From Comamonadaceae bacterium (lineage in GTDB: Bacteria > Pseudomonadota > Gammaproteobacteria > Burkholderiales > Burkholderiaceae_C): a stretch of DNA of 64,000 nucleotides. Numbering within the stretch: position 1 is the first letter of the stretch; each line of letters opens with the position of its first letter. Below are positions 40,065 to 50,384 of the stretch, piece by piece. The stretch covers positions 273 to 64,272 of the forward strand of contig JAUMYU010000001.1 in NCBI GenBank assembly GCA_030528485.1, given 5' to 3'. The notes beneath the pieces are model-generated. The model saw only the letters and a program-made list of their open reading frames with translations, had not been told where the DNA came from and did no database searches. The position numbers and the translations under genes are program-made.

Positions 40065-41162
40065 ATGATCATGAATTACATCCGCAGCCAGTTCATTGAC
40101 GTCATCGAATGGACGGACGACTCGCGCGATACCTTGTCGTTTCGCTGGCCCGACGAAGACAAGGAAATCAAAAACGGCGCGCAGCTCATCGTGCGCGAAT
40201 CGCAGCAGGTGCAATTCGTCGCCGCCGGGCAGTTTGCCGACCATTTCGGCCCCGGCAAGCACACGCTGACGACAGAAAACATCCCCATCCTCTCCACCAT
40301 CCTGGGCTGGAAGTACGGCTTTCAATCGCCCTTCAAGTGCGATGTGTACTACCTCAACACGCGCCTGTTCACCGGCAACAAATGGGGCACCTCCAACCCC
40401 GTGATGATGCGCGACCAGGACTTTGGCGTGGTGCGCCTGCGCGCCTTTGGCACCTATGACTTCCGCATCGTCGATGCGCCCAGGTTCCTCAAGGAAGTGG
40501 CCGGCACGGACCAGAACTTCCGCCTCGACGAATTCAACGACACCATGCGCTCGCGCATCGTCAGCGTGTTCACCGAGGCGCTGGCCAAGGCCCATGTGCC
40601 AGTGCTGGATATCGCCCAGCGCTATGCCGAGCTGGGCGATGCGCTGCTGCCCATCATCAACCCGGCCATCCGCGACAAGTACGGCCTGGAGGTCAGCAGC
40701 TTCATCCTGGAAAACGTCTCGGTGCCGCCAGAGGTCGAGCAGGCCATCGACAAGCGTTCGAGCATGAGCGTGATCGGCAACCTCAACGACTACGTCAAAT
40801 ACCAGATGGGCCAGGCCATGGGCCAGGGCGGCGAGGCCGGCGCGGCCGCCGCCATGCCGGCGCAAATGGCCATGGGCTTTGGCATGGCGCAGGAAATGAT
40901 GCGCAGCATGCAGGGCGCGCCTGGCGTGCCGGGCGCTGCGCCAGCAGGTGCATCGGCAGTCATGGCGCCCGCTGCCGCGCCGGCCGCCAGCGCGGGCGCG
41001 GCGGGGTTGGAAGTGCTTACGCCCGAGCAGGCCGCGCAGCTTTTGAGCGTATCCGTGGAAGATGTGATGGCCGCCATCGCCGCAGGCGATTTGAAAGCGC
41101 GCAAGCTCGGCAACGCCACCCGCATCGCCCGCAGCGCGCTGGAGGAGTTTCTCAAGGGCTGA
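40065..41162 (+). CDS. SPFH/band-7 (YdjI-like) protein with a C-terminal excisionase-type HTH
   Basis: FIDVIEW, LIVRESQ, KWGTSNPV, LRAFGTY; C-terminal LTPEQAAQLLSVS...GDLKARKLG..RIARSALEEF. Confidence 0.8.
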   Translation: MIMNYIRSQFIDVIEWTDDSRDTLSFRWPDEDKEIKNGAQLIVRESQQVQFVAAGQFADHFGPGKHTLTTENIPILSTILGWKYGFQSPFKCDVYYLNTRLFTGNKWGTSNPVMMRDQDFGVVRLRAFGTYDFRIVDAPRFLKEVAGTDQNFRLDEFNDTMRSRIVSVFTEALAKAHVPVLDIAQRYAELGDALLPIINPAIRDKYGLEVSSFILENVSVPPEVEQAIDKRSSMSVIGNLNDYVKYQMGQAMGQGGEAGAAAAMPAQMAMGFGMAQEMMRSMQGAPGVPGAAPAGASAVMAPAAAPAASAGAAGLEVLTPEQAAQLLSVSVEDVMAAIAAGDLKARKLGNATRIARSALEEFLKG

Positions 41163-41370
41163 AAAGAGCGGGCTGACCGGCAACGGCGGGCATCAGGGTT
41201 TCCGCGGGCAGCAACCGTGAATGGCGGCGACGCAGTACCGCCCTGCGTCAATTGGTCAGAGAGCCTTCTGCCACCGCCAGCGGCGGATAGCGCGTTCCAG
41301 GCTGGATGGCGGGCCAAGTCTGCAAACATACAATGCCGCCCTTGTTTCAAGAACATTTCGAGGATTTCCC

Positions 41371-41748
41371 ATGCATACACTGAAATGGATGGCGCCGTTG
41401 CTGGCGGCTTTGCTTGCAAGTGCTTGTGTCAGCCTGGACAGCGTCAGCAGCCCGGGGGCCGGGGCGTACCGGCTGGACGGCAATTACCGCGCCTTTCATT
41501 GCGACAACGGTTACCGGGTGAGCATCAAGTACAAAAGCCCCAGGCAAATCAGCATCAACTTCAGTACGGGCAAGGACATTTTTGTGGCCATCGCCAACAG
41601 TGCGCCGTCGGCTTCTGGCGATCAGTACGTGAACGATCTGGGCAATTTGCGCTGGCAGGAGCGCGGTGACGCCGCCCATTTCACCTACCCCGCCAGCGAT
41701 TGGCGCAGCAGCGGCCGCCTGCTGGAAACCACTTGCCGCCTCAAATGA
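41371..41748 (+). CDS. Small lipoprotein, MliC-like (lysozyme inhibitor fold)
   Basis: Lipobox ASAC, FHCDNG, SASGDQY motif, W...G..A, C-terminal Cys. Confidence 0.65.
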   Translation: MHTLKWMAPLLAALLASACVSLDSVSSPGAGAYRLDGNYRAFHCDNGYRVSIKYKSPRQISINFSTGKDIFVAIANSAPSASGDQYVNDLGNLRWQERGDAAHFTYPASDWRSSGRLLETTCRLK

Positions 41749-41800
41749 GCCTGGTCGCTCGGTGCTGGCACCCGGGCGATGAGGGTGCGGCGCGAGCCTG

Positions 41801-41829
41801 AAGCCTGCGATGCCCTCGCAGGCTTTTTT
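41801..41829 (+). terminator. Rho-independent terminator
   Basis: AAGCCTGCGA-TGCCC-TCGCAGGCTT followed by TTTT. Confidence 0.75.
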
Positions 41830-42077
41830 GATGGCGCAGCGCCTGCGCGCAGCTTCAGCCCGGTTGCGCCAGGGGACGGCGTGGGGTGGTTTCCGTGGCA
41901 TCTGCAAGGCTAGAGCGTGTGATGCACTTTGCGCTCTCGCGGGGGGCGGAAAGTTCATAACACGCTCTAGAAGCGTGCCATGCCTCTTGTTACACTGCTT
42001 TGGCAGCCCTGCTGCACGCACCGCCAGCCGCCGCCAGCTCTTGCGTACCGTCCCGTTCTTTTGTGAAGGAGCCGCAC

Positions 42078-42917
42078 ATGAGCCAGAAAATTTCCCCCGC
42101 AGCAGTCAGCAGCCTTTCTGCCACGCTGTTGATTCCGCTGTGGGCCAAGGCGGTGGAATTTGCTCACCCAGCGCCCCTGTTGCGCGATGCCCAGGCGCAG
42201 CGCATGCTGGATTTGATCGACTTCGACTTTTCCATCTTCGCCAGCGCCAAAGCCTCGCAAGCGGGTTGCTGCGCGCGCGCGGCCCTGCTGGATGAATACG
42301 CCCGGGCGTTTCTCGACCAGCGCCCTGATGCTGTCGTCGTACACGTGGGCGCCGGGCTGGATGCGCGCTACGAACGCCTGGGCCGCCCGTCCGTGACGGC
42401 CTGGTACGAACTGGATTTGCCCCCGGTCATCGAGTTACGGCGTCAACTGCTGCCCGAGTCGGGCAATGTGTATCTGGCCGGATCGATGCTGGACGAGGAC
42501 TGGATGGACATCGCCGCGGCCCACGGCAAGCCCGTGTTGCTGGTGACCGAGGGCGTGGTGATGTATTTCGGCGCTGCCACGATGCGTGACTGGTTTGCCC
42601 GCTTGGCGCGCAAGCTGCCCCAGGCGCACCTGGTCTTTGATGTGCTGCCCAAAATGCTGGTGGGCAAGCAAAAGCAGCACGATTCGCTGAAAAAACTGGG
42701 CCAAACCCCGCCCGAATTCAAATGGGGCGTTGCCGATGTGGCCGAGCTGGCCGATTTCGGCCTGGAGGTGCTGGCGCACAAGCATCTCTCCAGCCGCTGT
42801 CGCAAGCGTTACCCGCTGCCGATGCGCTTGGCATTTCTCAGCGGTTGGTGCCAGCGCCACATGGATATGCAGATGGTTTGGGCGCGGTTTCGCAACGCCG
42901 CAGGCCACCCGAATTGA
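42078..42917 (+). CDS. Class I SAM-dependent methyltransferase (LCM/TcmP-like)
   Basis: TLLIPLWAKA, VHVGAGLDAR, ELDLPPVIELR, EGVVMYF. Confidence 0.85.
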   Translation: MSQKISPAAVSSLSATLLIPLWAKAVEFAHPAPLLRDAQAQRMLDLIDFDFSIFASAKASQAGCCARAALLDEYARAFLDQRPDAVVVHVGAGLDARYERLGRPSVTAWYELDLPPVIELRRQLLPESGNVYLAGSMLDEDWMDIAAAHGKPVLLVTEGVVMYFGAATMRDWFARLARKLPQAHLVFDVLPKMLVGKQKQHDSLKKLGQTPPEFKWGVADVAELADFGLEVLAHKHLSSRCRKRYPLPMRLAFLSGWCQRHMDMQMVWARFRNAAGHPN

Positions 42918-42930
42918 TGTTGCGTACCTG

Positions 42931-44206
<1,276 letters not shown>

Positions 44207-44224
44207 TTTGTGTGGGGTTTGAAG

Positions 44225-44644
44225 CTACTGGTTGTTTGCGCGGGCGGCTTTTTCGGCCAGGCCGCTCAAGCCCTCGCGTCGGGCCAGCTCGTGGATCACG
44301 TCTGCGCCGCTGAGGTTGAAATGCGAGAGGGCCACCAGGGTGTGAAACCACACATCGGCCACTTCATAGACCAGGGCGGCGCGGCTTTGGGCGGCTTCGG
44401 CGCAGTGGGGGCCTGTGCCGTTGGCTTCGGCCGTGGCGAGCGCGTGCTGGGCATCCTTGGCGGCCATGACCAGCTCGGCGGCTTCTTCGCCGATTTTTTT
44501 CAGAAAAGCGTCGGGCGCCTTGCCATCGGCCAGCAAACGGGCCACGTAGCTGTGCGCCGGATCGCCGCCCCGGTGGGGTTTGCGCGATTCAAAAACTTCG
44601 GCCAGATGGGCGAACAGGGCGTCGGCGGTTGGGGTGTCGGGCAT
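44225..44644 (-). CDS. hisE: Phosphoribosyl-ATP diphosphatase
   Basis: [31 protein letters not shown]. Confidence 0.92.
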   Translation of the reverse strand: MPDTPTADALFAHLAEVFESRKPHRGGDPAHSYVARLLADGKAPDAFLKKIGEEAAELVMAAKDAQHALATAEANGTGPHCAEAAQSRAALVYEVADVWFHTLVALSHFNLSGADVIHELARREGLSGLAEKAARANNQ

Positions 44645-44650
44645 GGTGCG

Positions 44651-45097
44651 TTATTTGCTGTAAATGCGCTGCGGGTCTTTCAGCACGGGATCGGCGGCTT
44701 GCCAGTGCGGGGCGGGGGAGGCGGGGTTTTCCAGCCGTTGGTAAAAGCAACTGTGGCGGCCGGTGTGGCAGGCGATGGAGGGCTGGTGGCCGTGCTGGGT
44801 GATGGTCAGCAAGATGACGTCGCTGTCGCAGTCGGTGCGGATGGCGTGCACGGTTTGGAAGTGGCCCGATTCCTCGCCTTTGTGCCAGAGCTTGCCGCGC
44901 GAGCGGCTGTAGTAAACGGCCTGGCCTTTTTGCGCCGTCTGGCGCAGGGCTTCGCGGTTCATCCAGGCGAGCATGAGGATGTCGCCCGTGTCTTTTTCCT
45001 GCGCGATGGCGGGCACGAGGCCGTTGGCGTCCCAGGCGATGGCGTCCAGCCAGGCGTCGCTGGGGGCTTGGGGTGTGTTGAGGGTGTCGGCGTTCAT
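44651..45097 (-). CDS. hisI: Phosphoribosyl-AMP cyclohydrolase
   Basis: [31 protein letters not shown]. Confidence 0.95.
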   Translation of the reverse strand: MNADTLNTPQAPSDAWLDAIAWDANGLVPAIAQEKDTGDILMLAWMNREALRQTAQKGQAVYYSRSRGKLWHKGEESGHFQTVHAIRTDCDSDVILLTITQHGHQPSIACHTGRHSCFYQRLENPASPAPHWQAADPVLKDPQRIYSK

Positions 45098-45111
45098 TTT
45101 TCGGAGGCGCT

Positions 45112-45912
<801 letters not shown>

Positions 45913-45932
45913 GGTTGGGCAGTATGGGTGTT

Positions 45933-46007
45933 TTACAAATCAATGTAAATTGGATTTAAATACTATCATGCCGAAACATTTGATATTTATTTCCTTTTGA
46001 TTTGTAA
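45933..46007 (-). repeat. AT-rich inverted-arm element, copy 11 (75 bp)
   Basis: Plus strand TTACAAATCAATGTAAAT...TGCCGAAACA...TTTGATTTGTAA. Confidence 0.92.
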
Positions 46008-46018
46008 TTTTGCGGGTT

Positions 46019-46768
46019 TCAGCGGCTGGCGGGGCCGAACAGGGCGATTTCGTCGGTGATGATGCCGTCGGTGCCCAGGGCGATGAGGTGGCGGGCGGCG
46101 GCGGGGTCGTTGACGGTGTAGCTCAGGGCGCGCAGGCCGTTCTGGTGGGCCGCGCTGACGCGCGCGGCGTCCCACAGCGGGTAGTGGCAGATCAGGGCCT
46201 GACAGCCCAGGATGCGGGCGTGTGCGAGGCTGTCGTCCTCCCACGCATCCAGCAGCAGGGCGCGGGGCTGCTCGGGCCGGGCGGCTTGTGCGCCTTGCAG
46301 GGCCGGGCGCTGGAAGGAGGAGAGCAGCGGCGGCGGCAAATGCGACGGCCAGATGGCGGCGACGAGTTCGGCCACGGCCTGGCCGGTGGCGTATTCGGCG
46401 CCGGGGATGGGCTTGATTTCGATGTTGAGCAGAAGGTGGTTGGCGATGCACCAGCGCAGCAGGTTTTCCAGCGCGGGCAGGGGTTCGCCCGCCCAGCGGC
46501 GCGAGTGCCAGGCGCCTGCGTCGAGGCGGGCCAGGGCGCTCCAGGGCAGCTCGGCGGCAGGGCCTTGGCCGTTGGTGGTGCGATCCAGCGTGGCGTCGTG
46601 CATGAGGTAGGGCACGCCGTCGTGGCTGAGCTTGGCGTCGCACTCGAACATGCGCCAGCCGTGCGCCGCGCCGCTGCGGAAGGCGGCCAGGGTGTTTTCA
46701 GGGGCATGCTTGCCGGCGCCGCGGTGGGCGATCCAGAAGGGGTAGGGCCAGGCGGTGGCTGGGGACAT
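46019..46768 (-). CDS. ugpQ: Glycerophosphodiester phosphodiesterase
   Basis: IAHRGAG..APENTLAAF, HDATLDRTT, NIEIK, YTVND, DGIITD. Confidence 0.88.
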   Translation of the reverse strand: MSPATAWPYPFWIAHRGAGKHAPENTLAAFRSGAAHGWRMFECDAKLSHDGVPYLMHDATLDRTTNGQGPAAELPWSALARLDAGAWHSRRWAGEPLPALENLLRWCIANHLLLNIEIKPIPGAEYATGQAVAELVAAIWPSHLPPPLLSSFQRPALQGAQAARPEQPRALLLDAWEDDSLAHARILGCQALICHYPLWDAARVSAAHQNGLRALSYTVNDPAAARHLIALGTDGIITDEIALFGPASR

Positions 46769-46783
46769 GGGGCGAATGGGGAA

Positions 46784-47404
46784 TCAGGGTTGCGCGGGGG
46801 CGGAGCCGGGAGAGGGCGCTGGCGGTGCGTCGCCTGCGGGGGCTGTGGCGGTGGGGGGGATGTCTTCGGGTGCGGCGGCTTCTGGCGCTGCTGCTGCGGT
46901 CGTGGCGGGCATGACAGCCGTAGCAGCCGGCGCGGCGGCGGGCTGTGCATTGGCGGGCTGGGCGCTGGCGGGTTGGTCCGCTGCTTTGTTTTCGCCCTCA
47001 TCCCCGTCTGCATCGTCATCGTCTTTTTCCGGCGCCATTTTCGGGGTGGCCAGTTGCAGGGCGTTGAGGCTGCGGGGCACGTCTTCACCGCGCTGGCGGG
47101 CGCGAAAGAGGGCGGCGCGCATGAGCAGGATGGTGGTGACGGGCGCGGTGATGGCAATGAACAGGCCCAGCAGCAGGATGTTGAGCGCGGGCTTGCCCGT
47201 TTGCACGGAGAAGTAGGTGATGGTGGCCAGCATCAGGCACCAGATGCCCGCAGTAGTGATGAGCGCGGGGGCGTGGATGCGTGCAAAAAAGGTGGGCAGG
47301 CGCACCATGCCGGAGGCGCCCAGCAGGCTGATGATGCCGCCGCCGAGGGCAAAGAAGGCCACCAGGATTTCCGCCCACAAGGGCAGGGTGGGGGCGGCGC
47401 TCAT
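46784..47404 (-). CDS. phaG: Na+(K+)/H+ antiporter subunit G with a long acidic, Ala/Pro-rich tail
   Basis: GMVRLPTFFARIHAP, ITAPVT; operon position. Confidence 0.85.
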   Translation of the reverse strand: MSAAPTLPLWAEILVAFFALGGGIISLLGASGMVRLPTFFARIHAPALITTAGIWCLMLATITYFSVQTGKPALNILLLGLFIAITAPVTTILLMRAALFRARQRGEDVPRSLNALQLATPKMAPEKDDDDADGDEGENKAADQPASAQPANAQPAAAPAATAVMPATTAAAAPEAAAPEDIPPTATAPAGDAPPAPSPGSAPAQP

Positions 47405-47682
47405 TCGATGACCTCGCCGCGCAGCAGGAATTTGGCCATGGCGGTGCTGCTGACAAAGCCCAGCAGGGCGATGAGCAGGGCTGCCTCAAAATAGGCGGTG
47501 CTGTCGTAGTAGATGGAGAGACTGAGCATGACGTACATGCCCAGCACGTACAGCGCGTCCAGCGCCAGGATGCGGTCTTGCACGTGGGGGCCGATGAACA
47601 GCCGCACCGATGCCAGCGCCATGGACAGCAGCAGCATGACGAGGGTGATGGGCATGGCCCAGGCGAGGATTTGTCCGTTCAT
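47401..47682 (-). CDS. phaF: Antiporter subunit F
   Basis: GPHVQDRILALD, LLGFVSSTAMAKFLLRGEVIE. Confidence 0.9.
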   Translation of the reverse strand: MNGQILAWAMPITLVMLLLSMALASVRLFIGPHVQDRILALDALYVLGMYVMLSLSIYYDSTAYFEAALLIALLGFVSSTAMAKFLLRGEVIE

Positions 47683-48197
47683 TCAAAAATCTCCATCAGG
47701 GGGCGCTCGTAGCGTTCTTTGACGGTGCGGATGACCAGTTCGGGGTCGATGCGCCCGTCGAAGACGTGCAGCAGCAAAGCACTGCGGTCCATGGACAGTT
47801 CCGCCCAGGCATTGCCGGGGGTGATGGTGGTGATGACGGCCAGCGCAGCCAGGCCGTTGGGGTCGCGCATTTGCAGCGGGATGCGCACGAAGACGCCCTC
47901 GGCCTCGCGCGCCAGGCGCGGTTGCAGCAGGATGCGGATGACCATGAGGTTGGAATGCCACGCATCGACCATCACCACAAAGCACAGCCGGATGATGCGC
48001 AAAGGCTTGCGCACGCGCACGTGCAGGGGGCGCAAGCTGGCGCTGAAGATGGGCATGCCCAAGCCCAGGATGACGGCCAGGGTGAGGTTGGCGAGGGTGT
48101 AACTTTGCGTCATCACCAGCCACAGCGGTACCAGCAGCAGCGACAGCAGCGGCGCAGGCAGCAGGGTTTTGAGGATGGAGCGCAGCAGCTTTTTCAT
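47679..48197 (-). CDS. phaE: Antiporter subunit E
   Basis: ITTITPG, LLLHV, VKERYERPLMEIFE. Confidence 0.9.
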   Translation of the reverse strand: MKKLLRSILKTLLPAPLLSLLLVPLWLVMTQSYTLANLTLAVILGLGMPIFSASLRPLHVRVRKPLRIIRLCFVVMVDAWHSNLMVIRILLQPRLAREAEGVFVRIPLQMRDPNGLAALAVITTITPGNAWAELSMDRSALLLHVFDGRIDPELVIRTVKERYERPLMEIFE

Positions 48198-49990
48198 GGC
48201 GCGCCTTTCTCGGCCGCAGCGGCCGCTGGAGCCGCAGCCGGTGCCGTGCCAGGCGCGGCTTCAGGCGCTGGGCGGGGCAGATCGGCCGGGTCGGAAACGG
48301 TGGGCTGGTACTGGGAAGGATAGGGTTTGACCTGGGTTTGCAGCACGGACTGGATGTAGTCATCGGGCGCGTACAGCGCATTGGAAGTGGCCTTCATGTA
48401 GCGCATCACGCCATCGGCCTGCACGGTCAGCGCCACGCAAGCGCCTAGCAGGAGGGCCAATGGCAAGCCTTCGATGATTTTGACCTCTGGCGGGCTGCGG
48501 TCGTGCGAGGCCCAGAAGTGGCGGATGCCCGCGCGCGAAAACGCAATCAGCGCCATCAGCCCGGAGGCGATCAGCAAGGCCATCAGCGCCCAGCCATCCA
48601 CGCCGGGCGTTTGCCCGATGGAGGCGCCCATGCCCAGGGGGTTGAGCAAGGCGGTGAGCATGGCGAATTTGCCGATAAAGCCCGATAGCGGCGGCAGCCC
48701 CGCAATGAGCAGGGTGCAGGCCAAAAAGCACATGCCCAGCAAGGCCACGGCTGCTGGCATGGCGCGCCCGACCAGGGCCTGCTGGCGCTCGTCGAGGTTC
48801 CACGCTTGCAACTGGCCTTTGAGATCGGCGGTGAGAAAGGGCGCTTCGTCCTCTGCTTCGTAGGGGGCGTAATCTTTGCCGTCGTTGCGCCAGCGATCCA
48901 TCAAATCGGCGAGCAAAAAGCAGGCGCTCACGGCCAAGGTGGAGGTCACCAGGTAATACAGCAGGCTGGCGGTGAGCAGGTTTTGCCCAAAGCCGAGCGC
49001 GGCCAGCAGCGTGCCGGAGGACACGATGGCGCTGTAACCGGCCAGGTTGCCGATTTTTTGCGAGCTGAGCACGCCCAGCGCCCCCACCGCGATGGTGGCC
49101 ATGCCCAGGTAGCTCAGCCATTGGCCGCCGTATTGAGCGGAGGTGCCCGCGTCGTAGCCGAACAGCAGCGTCCACAACCGCAGCACCATGTAGATGCCGA
49201 CCTTGGTCATGATGGCGAACAAGGCGGCCGATGGCGCGGTGGCGGCGCTGTAGGCGCGCGTGAGCCAGAAGTTCATGGGCCAGACGGCGGCTTTGGTGAG
49301 GATGGCAATGGCCAGAATGCCCACGGCGGCGTGCAGCAGCGGCCGGTCCTGATCGGCCACGTCAGGGATGGCGCTGGCGATGCCCGCCAAATTGAGGGTG
49401 CCGGTGAGGCCGTAGAACATGGAGATGCCGATCAGCAGCATGGACGACGCCACCAGGTTGATGGCGATGTAGTGCAGCCCCGCTTGCACGCGCTGGCGCC
49501 CCGAGCCATGCAGCAGCAGGCCGTAGGAGGCGGCCAGCAGGATCTCGATAAAGACGAACAGGTTGAACAAATCGCCCGTCAGGAACACGCCGTTCAACCC
49601 CATGAGCTGCAATTGAAACAGGCCGTGGAAGTTCACCCCGGCGCGGTGCCAGCGCGCGGCGGCATAAAGGGCTGCCGACAGGGCCAGCACAGCCGTGAGC
49701 GCCAGCATCAGGGCCGAGAGCCGATCGAGCACCAGCATGATGCCGAAATCGGCGGGCCAGTTGCCCACGAGGTAAATGCTCATGGTCGAGGCCGCGCCTT
49801 GCTGGTCGCTCCACAGCAGCAGGTGAACAGCAACGGCGAGGGTGACGATGCAGGAAAAAACGTTGAGGTAGAGCTTGATGCGCTGGCGTTCCTCACGCAA
49901 AAAGAGCACCAGGGCGGCAGTGACCATGGGTACCAAAATGGGCGCCAGGATCATGTGGGGGGCAAGCTGTTGCAGCCAATCGGTCATCAT
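48194..49990 (-). CDS. phaD: Antiporter subunit D
   Basis: TGDLFNLFVFIEILL, KAAVWP, TKVG, GLPPLSGFIGK. Confidence 0.92.
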   Translation of the reverse strand: MMTDWLQQLAPHMILAPILVPMVTAALVLFLREERQRIKLYLNVFSCIVTLAVAVHLLLWSDQQGAASTMSIYLVGNWPADFGIMLVLDRLSALMLALTAVLALSAALYAAARWHRAGVNFHGLFQLQLMGLNGVFLTGDLFNLFVFIEILLAASYGLLLHGSGRQRVQAGLHYIAINLVASSMLLIGISMFYGLTGTLNLAGIASAIPDVADQDRPLLHAAVGILAIAILTKAAVWPMNFWLTRAYSAATAPSAALFAIMTKVGIYMVLRLWTLLFGYDAGTSAQYGGQWLSYLGMATIAVGALGVLSSQKIGNLAGYSAIVSSGTLLAALGFGQNLLTASLLYYLVTSTLAVSACFLLADLMDRWRNDGKDYAPYEAEDEAPFLTADLKGQLQAWNLDERQQALVGRAMPAAVALLGMCFLACTLLIAGLPPLSGFIGKFAMLTALLNPLGMGASIGQTPGVDGWALMALLIASGLMALIAFSRAGIRHFWASHDRSPPEVKIIEGLPLALLLGACVALTVQADGVMRYMKATSNALYAPDDYIQSVLQTQVKPYPSQYQPTVSDPADLPRPAPEAAPGTAPAAAPAAAAAEKGAP

Positions 49991-50006
49991 GGTGTGCAGT
50001 TCGCTC

Positions 50007-50369
50007 TCACGCGTCGTGTTTTTCCGCGGCCAGGGAGCCATCCACGTGGTCGGTGCCGCTCATGCCGCGCAGCGCCAGCAGCACGACGAGAAAAAGCGCG
50101 GTGGTGGCAAAGCCGATCACGATGGCCGTGAGCACCAGGGCCTGGGGCAGCGGGTCGGCATAGTGCAGCAGGTCCTGGGGCACGCCCGGGCGCAAGACCG
50201 GCTCGCGGTCGATGGCCAGGCCCAGGCGGCCCATGGAGAAAATGAACAAATTGACGGCATAGCTCAGCAGGCCCAGGCCGATGATGAGCTGGAAGGTGCG
50301 CGGGCGCAGCAGTAGCCACACGCCAGCGCCGGTCAGTACGCCAATGGCAATGGCCAGGATGATTTCCAT
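50007..50369 (-). CDS. phaC: Antiporter subunit C
   Basis: DPLPQALVLTAIVIGFA. Confidence 0.93.
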   Translation of the reverse strand: MEIILAIAIGVLTGAGVWLLLRPRTFQLIIGLGLLSYAVNLFIFSMGRLGLAIDREPVLRPGVPQDLLHYADPLPQALVLTAIVIGFATTALFLVVLLALRGMSGTDHVDGSLAAEKHDA

Positions 50370-50384
50370 GGTTGTCTCCTGTCC

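Noticed and set aside
46784-47060. Low-complexity Ala/Pro/Asp tails of PhaG (also PhaD, PcnB, CysE)
   Set aside because: These are disordered extensions common in GC-rich betaproteobacteria, with no repeat unit or domain.
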